Part shown: positions 1 to 9,208 of the stretch, piece by piece
How positions within the stretch are numbered: the first letter of the stretch is position 1
Layout of the letters: every line of letters starts with the position of its first letter
Source of the DNA: Macrostomum lignano
Lineage: Eukaryota
Length of the DNA: 64,000 bases
Assembly (NCBI GenBank): GCA_002269645.1
Contig: NIVC01000297.1
Location: 62,001-126,000 of the forward strand
Direction: 5' to 3'
The notes under the pieces: model-generated
Seen by the model: the letters and a program-made list of their open reading frames with translations, nothing else
What the model was told of the DNA's origin: nothing
Databases searched by the model: none
Program-made: the position numbers and the translations under genes

Positions 1-524
1 GCTATTATTTGTAGTTTTTAATAGAGCTAGCCATTTCTGTCTGGTTTTACTTATCTATATTGAACTTCTAAAAGACATTAAAATTTGGTTAATAAGATAA
101 GATAGGTTTAGCTTATTATTTATTATTTCTTTTAGGTAAGCAAAAATAAATTTGTCTACCAAAGCTTTATCTTTTTAGAATTCAAATTAAAATATGCTTA
201 ATTATACAATCAAGACATATTTAAGTCTACTAATATTTTTTATTAAAAGTCACAATTTGAACTTGAAGCACATTAAAAATAAAAAATGAATAATATAAAG
301 ATATATTGCACTGTATATATTAACTTAATTTTGGCTTTTAATAAAAAATTAGAAAAAGATATATAAAAATACATGCTTGGATATTTCAATTGATTCTTTT
401 TTATTTTTTTGCCTTCAAGTATATAAATAATCTATATAATATGCTTAAAAAACTATTTAGAATATGAAATTCTAATATATTTAGTTTTTGTGTCTAAATT
501 TAAGTCAATTTTTATTAACTGCTG

Positions 525-2147
525 ATGGCAGCACCAGACAAGCTGCTATATAGCCAGACTGCCCTATGGGACAGCCAGACCACAGAGTCCTGCTTGCTCA
601 ACTTCAACCAGCAGCCAATGTCTACCACCTTTACCAGTGCCTCTACAGCAGCCACCTCAAGTGCCACCTTGTGCGAACCCAATGGCGACCCATCTGGCTT
701 TTCCAGTGCCACTGCTACAGCAACTGCGGCTGACTCTGGCTATATGTCATCCTCGTCGCTTCACACTGCCTGCATGATCAGCGACCTTGTCAATAAGCTG
801 GTGGACTCAGAAGACGACCAGATGCCGCCACCACTGTTGCCATCCCAGCAGCTGCTGGAGCAGCAACAGCAGCCTATGCATCTGCAAGGCCACCAGCAGC
901 AGCCGCAGCTGCAGGCCGCAATTGACCAGAGAAGTCCGCGGCCGCTTGTGCGCATGCAGCAGCAGCAGAGCTTGCAGCATGCCGTTACGCACCAGCCTAG
1001 CCAGCAGTCTCTGCAGTTGCAGAACTGTGTGACCTCTGCTTCCGCTATGCACCCGCAGCAACAGAACTGGATGGCCCTGCAGGCCTGCCACATGGAGACC
1101 GTCCAGTCAGGTCGAACCGATGCGGCCATCAAATCAGCTGGTAATGTGACTCGAGTTCCGGTGCAGCAGCAGCAGCAGCAGCAGTCGCGCGCTCATCAGC
1201 ATCCGCAAGCTCTTGTCCTGCCTTCCGCGTCTAACTACATCCTGCTGTCGCAGCACCCGCAGTTTCTTCAACTGGCCCCCAGACCGCTTCATCCGCAGCC
1301 TCAGCAACTGGCCCAGCCCTCGTCATCGCTTTCTCAGTCGAGCACCGGTAACCTGTTTGCTATGGAAACTGGTCTGGCTGGTAGCCCAGGCTCCCGCCAG
1401 GCCTCAATGACGCGGCGCGCCACCCAGACAGACTCTGAGCGCTCGGCGCGGCTTTCCGAACTGACGGAGCTGCGCCGCCTGCTCGGCAAGGAGCTGCGCC
1501 ATGCTGAGGCTCGCCTATCCGCGGCCTGGCAGGCTCGGAGATTCAGCGGCGTCCCAGCTGTGGCGCCAACTGGAGCTTCGGTTGGTGCGGCTGCCGCTGC
1601 TTCGTGCGGCTCGAACTCCGGCGCCCAGGCAGCCGGATTCTCGCCGCCAAGCTCGCCGCCTCCGCTCGCCAGGCAGCACGGGGCCATGGGCGGCCGGGAG
1701 GACCGGGAGCTGCTGGCGGTGTGCCAGGAGCTCAGCCGCTTGCATCAACTGGTGCAGCGGGCTGAGAGGCTGCGAAACGCCGCCCTGCCAGCCGGGGTGC
1801 ACTCGGCTCTGGACCGGCTGTCCGAGGCGGTGCGCAAGTGCCAGACACGGCGCAAGGAGGAGGTGACGAGCCTGAACAACCGCGGCTCCAGCAGTGGCGG
1901 CGGTCGCGCTGTTGAAGAGCGAGACAGCCGGGCGGTGTCAGCGGCTGTTGGCGAGCTATTGGAGCAGCTGCAGGCCGCCAGGACCTGCTTGTGGGCGACC
2001 CTGCAGATGGCCGTTGCCGGGGAGGAGGTCGAGGCCGAGGTGGCCGACTGCGGCGGAGACGGCAGCGCTGAGGCCCGAGCGTTCCGCCGGCTGGAGGCGC
2101 ACCGCCTGAAACTGGCCGAGCGGCGGGCGGATCCCTATGAGGACTGA
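525..2147 (+). CDS. MEIOC: MEIOC-like protein: Gln/Ser-rich low-complexity N-terminus plus C-terminal MEIOC/DUF4582 helical domain; single-exon ORF, 540 aa (upstream exons not excluded)
   Basis: REDRELLAVCQELSRLHQLVQRAERLRNAALPAGVHSALDRLSEAVRKCQTRRKEEV and ARTCLWATLQM align with the vertebrate MEIOC C-terminus as I recall it ([57 protein letters not shown] ... TRTALWCALQM). High GC3 in the 3' two-thirds. Confidence 0.72.
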   Translation: MAAPDKLLYSQTALWDSQTTESCLLNFNQQPMSTTFTSASTAATSSATLCEPNGDPSGFSSATATATAADSGYMSSSSLHTACMISDLVNKLVDSEDDQMPPPLLPSQQLLEQQQQPMHLQGHQQQPQLQAAIDQRSPRPLVRMQQQQSLQHAVTHQPSQQSLQLQNCVTSASAMHPQQQNWMALQACHMETVQSGRTDAAIKSAGNVTRVPVQQQQQQQSRAHQHPQALVLPSASNYILLSQHPQFLQLAPRPLHPQPQQLAQPSSSLSQSSTGNLFAMETGLAGSPGSRQASMTRRATQTDSERSARLSELTELRRLLGKELRHAEARLSAAWQARRFSGVPAVAPTGASVGAAAAASCGSNSGAQAAGFSPPSSPPPLARQHGAMGGREDRELLAVCQELSRLHQLVQRAERLRNAALPAGVHSALDRLSEAVRKCQTRRKEEVTSLNNRGSSSGGGRAVEERDSRAVSAAVGELLEQLQAARTCLWATLQMAVAGEEVEAEVADCGGDGSAEARAFRRLEAHRLKLAERRADPYED

Positions 2148-3139
2148 CGGTGATTTAGTTGTGTTGGAAAGGTTCGACTTACCGCTTATTGAAATCGGCT
2201 CCAAATGCGAAACTGTGTGGCTCTGTTATGCGGCTTATTGCCCGATTTAGGCAAAATTTGTTATTTTAGTTTTGTTTTACACTCCGTTTTTTGCTTTTGC
2301 TCAGTTGCATCTCTGTCGCTTTTTGTTTGTTTTTTTAACAAATTTCTGTCTTTGTCTTTCCAGAGTGTACCCGTATTTGCTATCAGTGTTGCGTTTTGCT
2401 GGCGGCGCATTTCAAACGTTTTTGTTGCTTTTGTTTGCCATTTTGGCTTCTGCATGGTATTCTCATTGGTTGCTTAAATCAGCCATCTGCTGTTGTCAAA
2501 TTCAGTTTTGAGCTCCCAGCCTTGACCGGAACTATACTATTTGTATTTGCATTCTTGTTTCAAACCTCACCTGTGTTTTCACCTGTCTTCAACAGTAAGC
2601 ATTCCCAGATAGAACTCTCATCAAGTTGGTCCCGTTTTTACACCTCCATATCGAGCCCAGTTGCACACTTGCCTACCTACAGTAGTATGTTTAATGCATG
2701 ACGCACGGTAAATGCAGTTTTTTGTTGGAGTAATTTTGGCAAACAGATTTTCGACCGACCCTTTTTACGAGCGTAATGTGGCGACAGATTTTACTTCACC
2801 GATCAGCTTTGGCCTTTCATTTTTTTGTCTGACTCACAATGAAGCAGTTCATTTTGTCTTCTTCTCTTCTTTGATTTTCAATGTTTTGCTAGGATTGCAA
2901 CTCGTTGCGTCTTTCGCCCCTCACTCAGTTTTGACTCGTTTTGTATCCGCGTTTGAGTATCTGAATCCGATCAGATGTTTCAGTTTTTCAGTGCCAAGCA
3001 GGAAATACATCCGATTAGCCCTTGTTACGTTTGGAAGTTGCCAATTTAAACAAATGTCCTCTTCTTTTAAAGTCTTTTTAAATACTTGATGACGCTGCAA
3101 TGCAAACTACAATGTACACTCTTAGAATGTCCTAATACA

Positions 3140-3390
3140 CAATGGGATTCCCTGCCACAGCGTACATACTTAGGATTCCCCCGTTCCCCGCTACAATGTA
3201 CATACTTGGGATTCCCCCGTTCCCCGCTACGGTGTACACATGTGGGATTCCCCCTCCCCCCAGCAGTGTACACTTGGAATTCCTCCGTTCCCCGCTGCAG
3301 TGTACATACTTGGGATTCCCCGGTTCCCCGCTACGGTGTACGCATTTGGGATTCCCCGATCCTCATTAGAATGTACGCACTTGGGAACTG
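3140..3390. repeat. 36-bp minisatellite (tgtacatacttgggattcccccgttccccgctac..), about 7 degenerate units
   Basis: Period read directly (ccgttcccc at 3181 and 3217); 12-aa periodicity in overlapping ORFs. Confidence 0.9.
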
Positions 3391-3745
3391 AAAGTCGTCG
3401 ATGCAGTGTACGTATATATAAGCCGAGTTGCAAATTAAGCTTCAAATACTGGGTGCGATTAGCGGCCCCCACAGTGCTAGAAATTGCAGCCATGCCATTG
3501 TCTGTAACACCTGGCACCTTGCACTTGGTTCAGGCTTATTTCTATATCTATTGTGTACACACCTGGATTCCCCGTCACTATGTACATGTTTAGATTGGGC
3601 ATTGTCATGTTTAGTTCATGCGAGCCTAGTGAATTTGATAAGACGCTTGTGGATTCACCGCATGCTCAGATTATTCACAATCACAATAATCCTATTCACA
3701 ATCCTTCGCATCGCCGCATTCTTCATTCCCGCCCAGTCTGGCCCG

Positions 3746-3759
3746 GTAGCCATGGCAAC
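3746..3759. promoter_or_regulatory. RFX X-box-like palindrome GTAGCCATGGCAAC overlapping the ATG at 3752
   Basis: Sequence fits the X-box consensus GTHNYY-AT-RRNAAC; function untested. Confidence 0.35.
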
Positions 3760-4339
3760 CCAGCCTCGCACACCCGGCATCATCACCGTTTGCGCGGTCC
3801 AACCAGCTTACAACGAGCCGCTTCAGCGCTGCCTCTGGCCGCTGCTGGCCGGCGACGTCTTCGGCCCCGGCCGGCCTGTCCGGCTGCGCCTGTGCGACCC
3901 GGCCGACCTGCCCGCCTGCCGGGACCTGGCGGCCGGCCTGCTGGACTCCGGTCTGGCGCCCGGACCCGGCCACGGCCTGCTGGCCACGGACAGCCTGTCG
4001 GCCGGGCTGGAGGGCGCCGACTTCTGCCTGCTGCGGCCGGCCGACCTGGCCTGGGCGGCGGTGCGGCCGCTGTGCCGGCAGCTGCGGCTTCGGGCGGGCC
4101 AGGCGCGGCTGGTGGCGCTGCTCAGCGGCGGGCGAGGCGATGAAGCGGAGAAGCTGGCCGAGCTTCGGCGCTGCGGCCTGCCGGTCAGCGAGCTGTCGGA
4201 GTGTCCGGGCGGCCGGCGGGGCTTGGCCGACTGCCAGCGGCTCTGCCGCCTGCTGTCCGAATTGGAGGCGCGGCCGGCCAAGCTGTCCGAGGAGCTCCCG
4301 CCTGCTCCGGCACCGCTGCTACTCCCAGCTCGCATATGA
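3752..4339 (+). CDS. Malate dehydrogenase (MDH1/MDH1B)-like N-terminal Rossmann half only, about 195 aa; an alternative in-frame ATG at 3662 adds a hydrophobic leader
   Basis: GDVFGPGRPVRLRLCD and LLATDSLSAGLEGADFCLL resemble MDH1 GSVFGKDQPIILVLLD and VIATDKEEIAFKDLDVAIL. The GxxGxxA loop and catalytic C-domain are absent. Strongly GC3-rich codons from 3752. Confidence 0.55.
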   Translation: MATQPRTPGIITVCAVQPAYNEPLQRCLWPLLAGDVFGPGRPVRLRLCDPADLPACRDLAAGLLDSGLAPGPGHGLLATDSLSAGLEGADFCLLRPADLAWAAVRPLCRQLRLRAGQARLVALLSGGRGDEAEKLAELRRCGLPVSELSECPGGRRGLADCQRLCRLLSELEARPAKLSEELPPAPAPLLLPARI

Positions 4340-4944
4340 GCTGCATTCTGACAGATACGAACCAAGGACCGCTGAGTAGCAGGAGAACGGTGCGGCTGAA
4401 CATGTTCACGCATGAAGTGCGCACTTCAAAATTTGGGAAATGTTAAAAACTAGAAGGCCCAATTTTTTATAAATGCAGATTGAACTCGCCGAACTTCTGT
4501 GCTCACGAACCCGAGGCATGCGCGAGTAGCGCGTGTTTCTAGTCAGAATCATAATAATTCCACCGAACCGCATGGGGTCCAAATCTAAATGCAGAGAATG
4601 TCAGGCAAGCATGAAATCCATTGGACCTTTCACTTATGATCCAGCACTACGGATGTCCAGGAATTTGCTGTGGCTATAGGTAAACTATTCAATTTATCGC
4701 TGTCCTTCGCTGATTTATTCATCTACTGTCAAATTTGACTTTGATTGTAAATGCGCTTTTTTCATTACTAATTGTCTTTGTATTTGGCTGAACAAATTCT
4801 TTTAATTTTTGTTGCAACCAGATTGACTTTAAATCGGCCGGGCCCCGAGTGCCCAGCCACTGCATTTGATTCTGCCGTTCCTTCAAATTAGATACCTGAT
4901 TTCTTATTCAGGCTCTCATGCACTTATAATGCTTCATTTATCTC

Positions 4945-5465
4945 ACCCTACCAGCCTTAGATCTCATCCACCAGCCTTAGAGCTCACCCTACCACTCCTT
5001 GATCTCACCCCATCAGCCTTAGAGACCATCCTACCAGCCTTAGATCTCACAATAAAAGTCTTAGATCTCACCCTACCAGCTTTACCGGTAGATCTCACTC
5101 TACCAGCCTTGATCTCACCCTACCAGCTTTAGATCTCACCCTACCAGCTTTAGATCTCACCCTACCAGCCTTAGATCTCACCCTACCAACTTTAAAGCTC
5201 ACCCTACAAGCTTTAGATCTCACCCTACCAGCTTTAGATCTCACCCTACCAGCCTTAGATCTCACCCTACCAACTTTAAAGCTCACCCTACAAGTTTTAG
5301 ATCTCACCCTACCAGCTTTAGATCTCACCCTACCAGCCTTGATCTCACCCTACCAGCTTTAGATCTCACCCTACCAGCTTTAGATCTCACCCTACCAGCC
5401 TTAGATCTCACCCTACCAACTTTTGATCCCACCCTACTAGCCTTCGATCCCATCCTACCAGTCTC
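4945..5465. repeat. 21-bp minisatellite (agatctcaccctaccagcctt) upstream of the DNAJC28 acceptor
   Basis: Direct tandem units; 7-aa periodicity (RVRSKAG) in antisense ORF. Confidence 0.93.
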
Positions 5466-5505
5466 AAATCTAATCTAATCTAACAATCTAATCCATCTTT
5501 TTCAG

Positions 5506-7156
5506 CTGGCGCACCGGCGCTCGGACATCTTGGCGAACCTCTGCCGATCGTCCATCCAGTCGCCGGTGCACCGGACGCCGCTTCTGCTGACCGCGGCCTC
5601 GGCCTCCAGATGGCGGTGCTCGAGCAGCGGCGCCGCTGCCGGTGACCCGTCGGCCAGGCTGGCCCGCGCCTACGCCGCCCTGGGCGTGGCCGCCGATGCT
5701 ACCGACGCCGAGCTGAAGGCCGCCTTCGTCCGGCTGGCCAAGCTGCACCACCCGGACGCGGCCGGCGCGGGAAGCACCGCCAAGTTCATCGAGGCGCAGG
5801 ACGCCTACGCACTGGCCGCTCGGCACCGCCGGCAGAGCGGCAGCGGCGGCTTGACGGAGGAGTTCTCAGTTGAGGCGGCCACGGAGGAGGCGCTGGGCCG
5901 GTTCGACATTCGACACACGGCGCCGCAGCACCGGCAGTACTTGGAGTTCGACGGCATCGGCTCCGGGACGCCGTCGGAGCGGCAGCGGCAGCGGGAGCAG
6001 TGGCGGGTGCACCGGGCCGTCGAGAATGTCCGCGAGTTCCGCATCGCCCGCCTGCAGCAGGAGGCGGCCGCCGCTTCCGGCACTGCCGTGGCCACCGCGG
6101 CGCCGTCATTGAAGAGCTCGGAGCGCCGGTCGGCGAAGAATTTCCGGACGCACTCGCTGATTGACAGGCTGGTGGAGGATCTCATTCAGGTGCGGCCCGA
6201 AGTGCTTTGAAATCCAAGCCAGCTGGTTTCTAGGAAGAGAAATATCCCTGTAAGAGCGTCTGGCAGACCGCTGAAGGCTAGGAGAGGCAGCCCGCTGAAG
6301 GCTAGGAGAGGCAGCCCGCTGAAGGCTAGGAGAGGCAGACCGCTGAAGGCTAGGAGAGGCAGACCGCTGAAGGCTAGGAGAGGCAGCCCGCTGAAGGCTA
6401 GGAGAGGCAGACCGCTGAAGGCTAGGAGAGGCAGACCGCTGAAGGCTAGGAGAGGCAGACCGCTGAAGGCTAGCAGAGGCAGCCCGCTGAAGGCTAGCAG
6501 AGGCAGCCCGCTGAAGGCTAGCAGGGAGCGGGAGTCCAAGCGCGGAAGCGGTACCCGACGCCTCCTCCACCGCCCCCGCGCAGGACTCGGTAAGCCGCGG
6601 CGAGCTGCAGAGCTGCCGGTACTTCGGCAAGCCGCTGCCGGACCGCACAGCTGGGGGCAACGCGGACCCGTTCGCGGACTCGATGACGCACAAGCTCAAC
6701 TCCATCCTGGCCAGCAACGGCTACGAGCCCGACTGGCTGCTGCTGGACAAGGCTGTCCGCGCCGGCGCCGCCGAGATCCGCAACCGGCTGACCGATGCCC
6801 GCAGTCGCCTCGGCCGCTGGCCGTTCAGCGAGGCGGACTCGGTCGCCTGGGAGCGAGCGCTGGCCGACTGCGCCGCGACAGTGTCCGAGCTCAACCAGCA
6901 GGTGGACCAGCTCAATCTGACGGTGCCCACCCTGCAGCAGCAGCGCTGCCACTACCGGCTGGACAGCCTGGCCCGGCCAATCGCCAAGGACAACTCGCTG
7001 GCTCACAGCTGGCGGCCGCCTGTGCGACCCCAGCAGCAGCGGCAGCGGATAGAACTTGACGCTTTCAGCACTGCCGATCTGTTCTCCCTGAGCACCCTGC
7101 GGCAGGCTTGGGCCGACCTGCGGGATGCTCTGTTCAAGGGCTCGAAGGAGAGCTGA
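5506..7156 (+). CDS. DNAJC28: DnaJ subfamily C member 28 (J domain + DUF1992); exons 5506-6189 and 6584-7156; 5' end with the start codon not identified
   Basis: J-domain HHPD motif; QHRQYLEFDGIGSGTP; phase-0 GT..AG intron 6190-6583 joins LIDRLVEDLIQ|DSVSRGELQSCRYFGKPL...MTHKLNSILASNGYEPDW, matching DNAJC28 EDLIQESMAKGDF..GKPL..MTHNLNRILIDNGYQPEW. Acceptor tttttcag at 5505. Confidence 0.88.
6262..6524. repeat. 24-bp minisatellite (ccgctgaaggctaggagaggcag[a/c]) filling the DNAJC28 intron
   Basis: gctagg at 6301 and 6325; about 11 units. Confidence 0.93.
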
Positions 7157-7164
7157 CTGGCTGA

Positions 7165-7778
7165 CCGGTTGGGGTGGGTGCTGGTGCCATGACGGGTTGG
7201 GGTGGGTGCCGGTGCCATGACGGGTTGGGGTGGGTGCCGGTGCCATGACGGGTTGGGGTGGGTGCCGGTGCCATGACGGGTTGGGGTGGGTGCTGGTGCC
7301 ATGACGGGTTGGGGTGGGTGCTGGTGCCATGACGGGTTGGTGCTGGTGCTGGTGCCATGACGGGTTGGGGTGGGTGCTGGTGCCATGACGGGTTGGGGTG
7401 GGTGCTGGTGCCATGACTGGTTGGGGTGGGTGCTGGTGCCATGACGGGTTGGGGTGGGTGCCGGTGCCATGACGGGTTGGGGTGGGTGCTGGTGCCATGA
7501 CGGGTTGGGGTGGGTGCTGGTGCCATGACGGGTTGGGGTGGGTGCTGGTGCCATGACTGGTTGGGGTGGGTGCTGGTGCCATGACGGGTTGGGGTGGGTG
7601 CTGGTGCCATGACTGGTTGGGGTGGGTGCCGGTGCCATGACGGGCTGGGGTGGGTGCCGGTGCCATGACGGGCTGGGGTGGGTGCCGGTGCCATGACTGG
7701 TTGGGGTGGGTGCCGGTGCCATGACTGGTTGGGGTGGGTGCTGGTGCCATGACGGGCTTGGGTGGGTGCTGGTGCCAG
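7165..7778. repeat. 28-bp G-rich minisatellite (ggtgccatgacgggttggggtgggtgc[c/t]) just after the DNAJC28 stop
   Basis: Direct tandem units; 28-aa periodicity over three units in antisense ORFs. Confidence 0.93.
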
Positions 7779-8237
7779 CGGCTCCAGCTTAATGCGCCAG
7801 CCTCGACTCGCACACGATGGAGAGAGAGAGTGGTTACTACTCTATCATCAGGGGGTTTAAAATCCCCGACGGCTCACCTGGTGATGGTACAGATGTACAC
7901 ATGCACACTTGACCAACCAGTCAGCCTATTCAACCACAGTTACTATTGTAGCTGTGATCATGTAACGCATGATGTTTTTGTTTGGCCCGCACTAATGTAC
8001 TCACCCATGTGTACTCGAGCGGAACTGATTTGTACAGTATTATTTGCTCTTTAGCTAGACCACGTTGGAATAAGCAAATAAATTTTAACACTGACGATTT
8101 TATCGATGATGGATAATCCAGCCATCCAGGGCTACAATTGAGGTTCGCCTGAGTATCCTTATTATTTTCTGTTGAGAAAGGTTCGGCTCCCAGCTGTTAC
8201 TTTGTAAACAGTAAGTCATTTCAGCCACTTCAGCGCT

Positions 8238-8557
8238 CCAGTCGCTTGAGCCCCGGTGCAGGGGAATCCCAGTCGCTAGAGCCCCCGTGCAGGGGAATCC
8301 CAGTCGCTAGAGCCCCCGTGCAGGGGAATCCCAGTCGCTAGAGCCCCCGTGCAGGGGAATCCCAGTCGCTAGAGCCCCCGTGCAGGGGAATCCCAATCGC
8401 TTGAGCCCCGGTGCAGGGGAATCCCAGTCGCTAGAGCCCCCGTGCAGGGAAATCCCAGTCGCTTGAGCCTCCGTGCAGGGGAATCCCAGTCGCTTGAGCC
8501 CCGGTGCAGGGGAATCCCAATCGCTTGAGCCTCCGTGCAGGGGAATCCCAGTCGCTT
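8238..8557. repeat. 31-bp minisatellite (gcaggggaatcccagtcgctagagcccccgt)
   Basis: gccccc at 8281 and 8312; about 10 units. Confidence 0.92.
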
Positions 8558-8696
8558 CAGGCTCATCGCACCTGGTCCTGGTCAGCCATAGAATCCAGGA
8601 AGGCGTACATGTGCATCGGCTTCTATTCAAATAGCCAGGAACAGGTTATAATTCTCATGCTAGAATTTGGCATCCAGGACCTGACGAATGCTTGGC

Positions 8697-8898
8697 TGTT
8701 ACGTCTTTGCACAAATCACGTAGTCACTAAGTAAAGCAACTTAGAAGTTTAGTCAGCTCAAGGCTCTGGCTTTTACGCCGTGTGTATTTCTCGCACGTTA
8801 GCGTCTAACTTAGCGAACTGTCTCTCTTTTAATCCAGCTCAACTTCAGCTCGCAGGCTTGCCCATAGACATAGTTCGTACTAAAAGGCATACATATCA
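8697..8898 (-). repeat. 3' LTR (202 bp)
   Basis: tgttacgtc...catatca; differs from 13236-13437 at 2 positions by eye. Confidence 0.95.
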
Positions 8899-8900
8899 TT

Positions 8901-9155
8901 GTCGGCTGATTTTCCATGCAGGAATGGCATTCTTGCACTCTTTTGCGTGCAGGAATGGATGTCTATGGTAAAATCTCACTGAAAAACATTAGGCGCAGAA
9001 ATGCATTCCTGCAGTTTTGTGCATTCCTGCACGATGAATAATCCGACAATGGGATTCCTTCACGTTCACTCGTGCGTTAAGGACATCGTGTACTCGTGCG
9101 CTAGCGCGCACTCGTGCAGATGTCATTCCCGCACTCGTGACCGTGCAGGAATCAT
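8901..9155. mobile_element. 255-bp non-coding insertion with internal inverted repeats, flanked by a 5-bp duplication (tcatt)
   Basis: tcatt at 8896-8900 and 9156-9160; removing the insert restores PPT-TGATATG LTR adjacency. Repeated tgcaggaatg/cattcctgca motifs; cattgtcgg (8897) versus ccgacaatg (9043). Confidence 0.65.
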
Positions 9156-9158
9156 TCA

Positions 9159-9173
9159 TTCCTCCTTTTCTTT
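9159..9173 (-). promoter_or_regulatory. Polypurine tract AAAGAAAAGGAGGAA
   Basis: Downstream of the integrase stop (9209) on the minus strand; separated from the 3' LTR by an insertion. Confidence 0.75.
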
Positions 9174-9208
9174 AAAAAAAATTGTTCAGTCAAAACAGTT
9201 CAGTTCAG

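Noticed and set aside
761-2109. Many overlapping alternative-frame and antisense ORFs over GC-rich genes (also at LNPK, SEC11, VPS16)
   Set aside because: Expected shadow ORFs of GC3-rich coding sequence; TTG/GTG/CTG starts in the track are not credible eukaryotic starts.
6106-8630. Antisense ORFs with MAPAPTP/AFSGLPLL/GFPCT repeats
   Set aside because: Products of the 24-, 28- and 31-bp minisatellites.
8161-8696. Possible small spliced exons flanking the 31-bp array (gtaagt at 8211, cttcag at 8560)
   Set aside because: No consistent reading frame, start or homology could be established.
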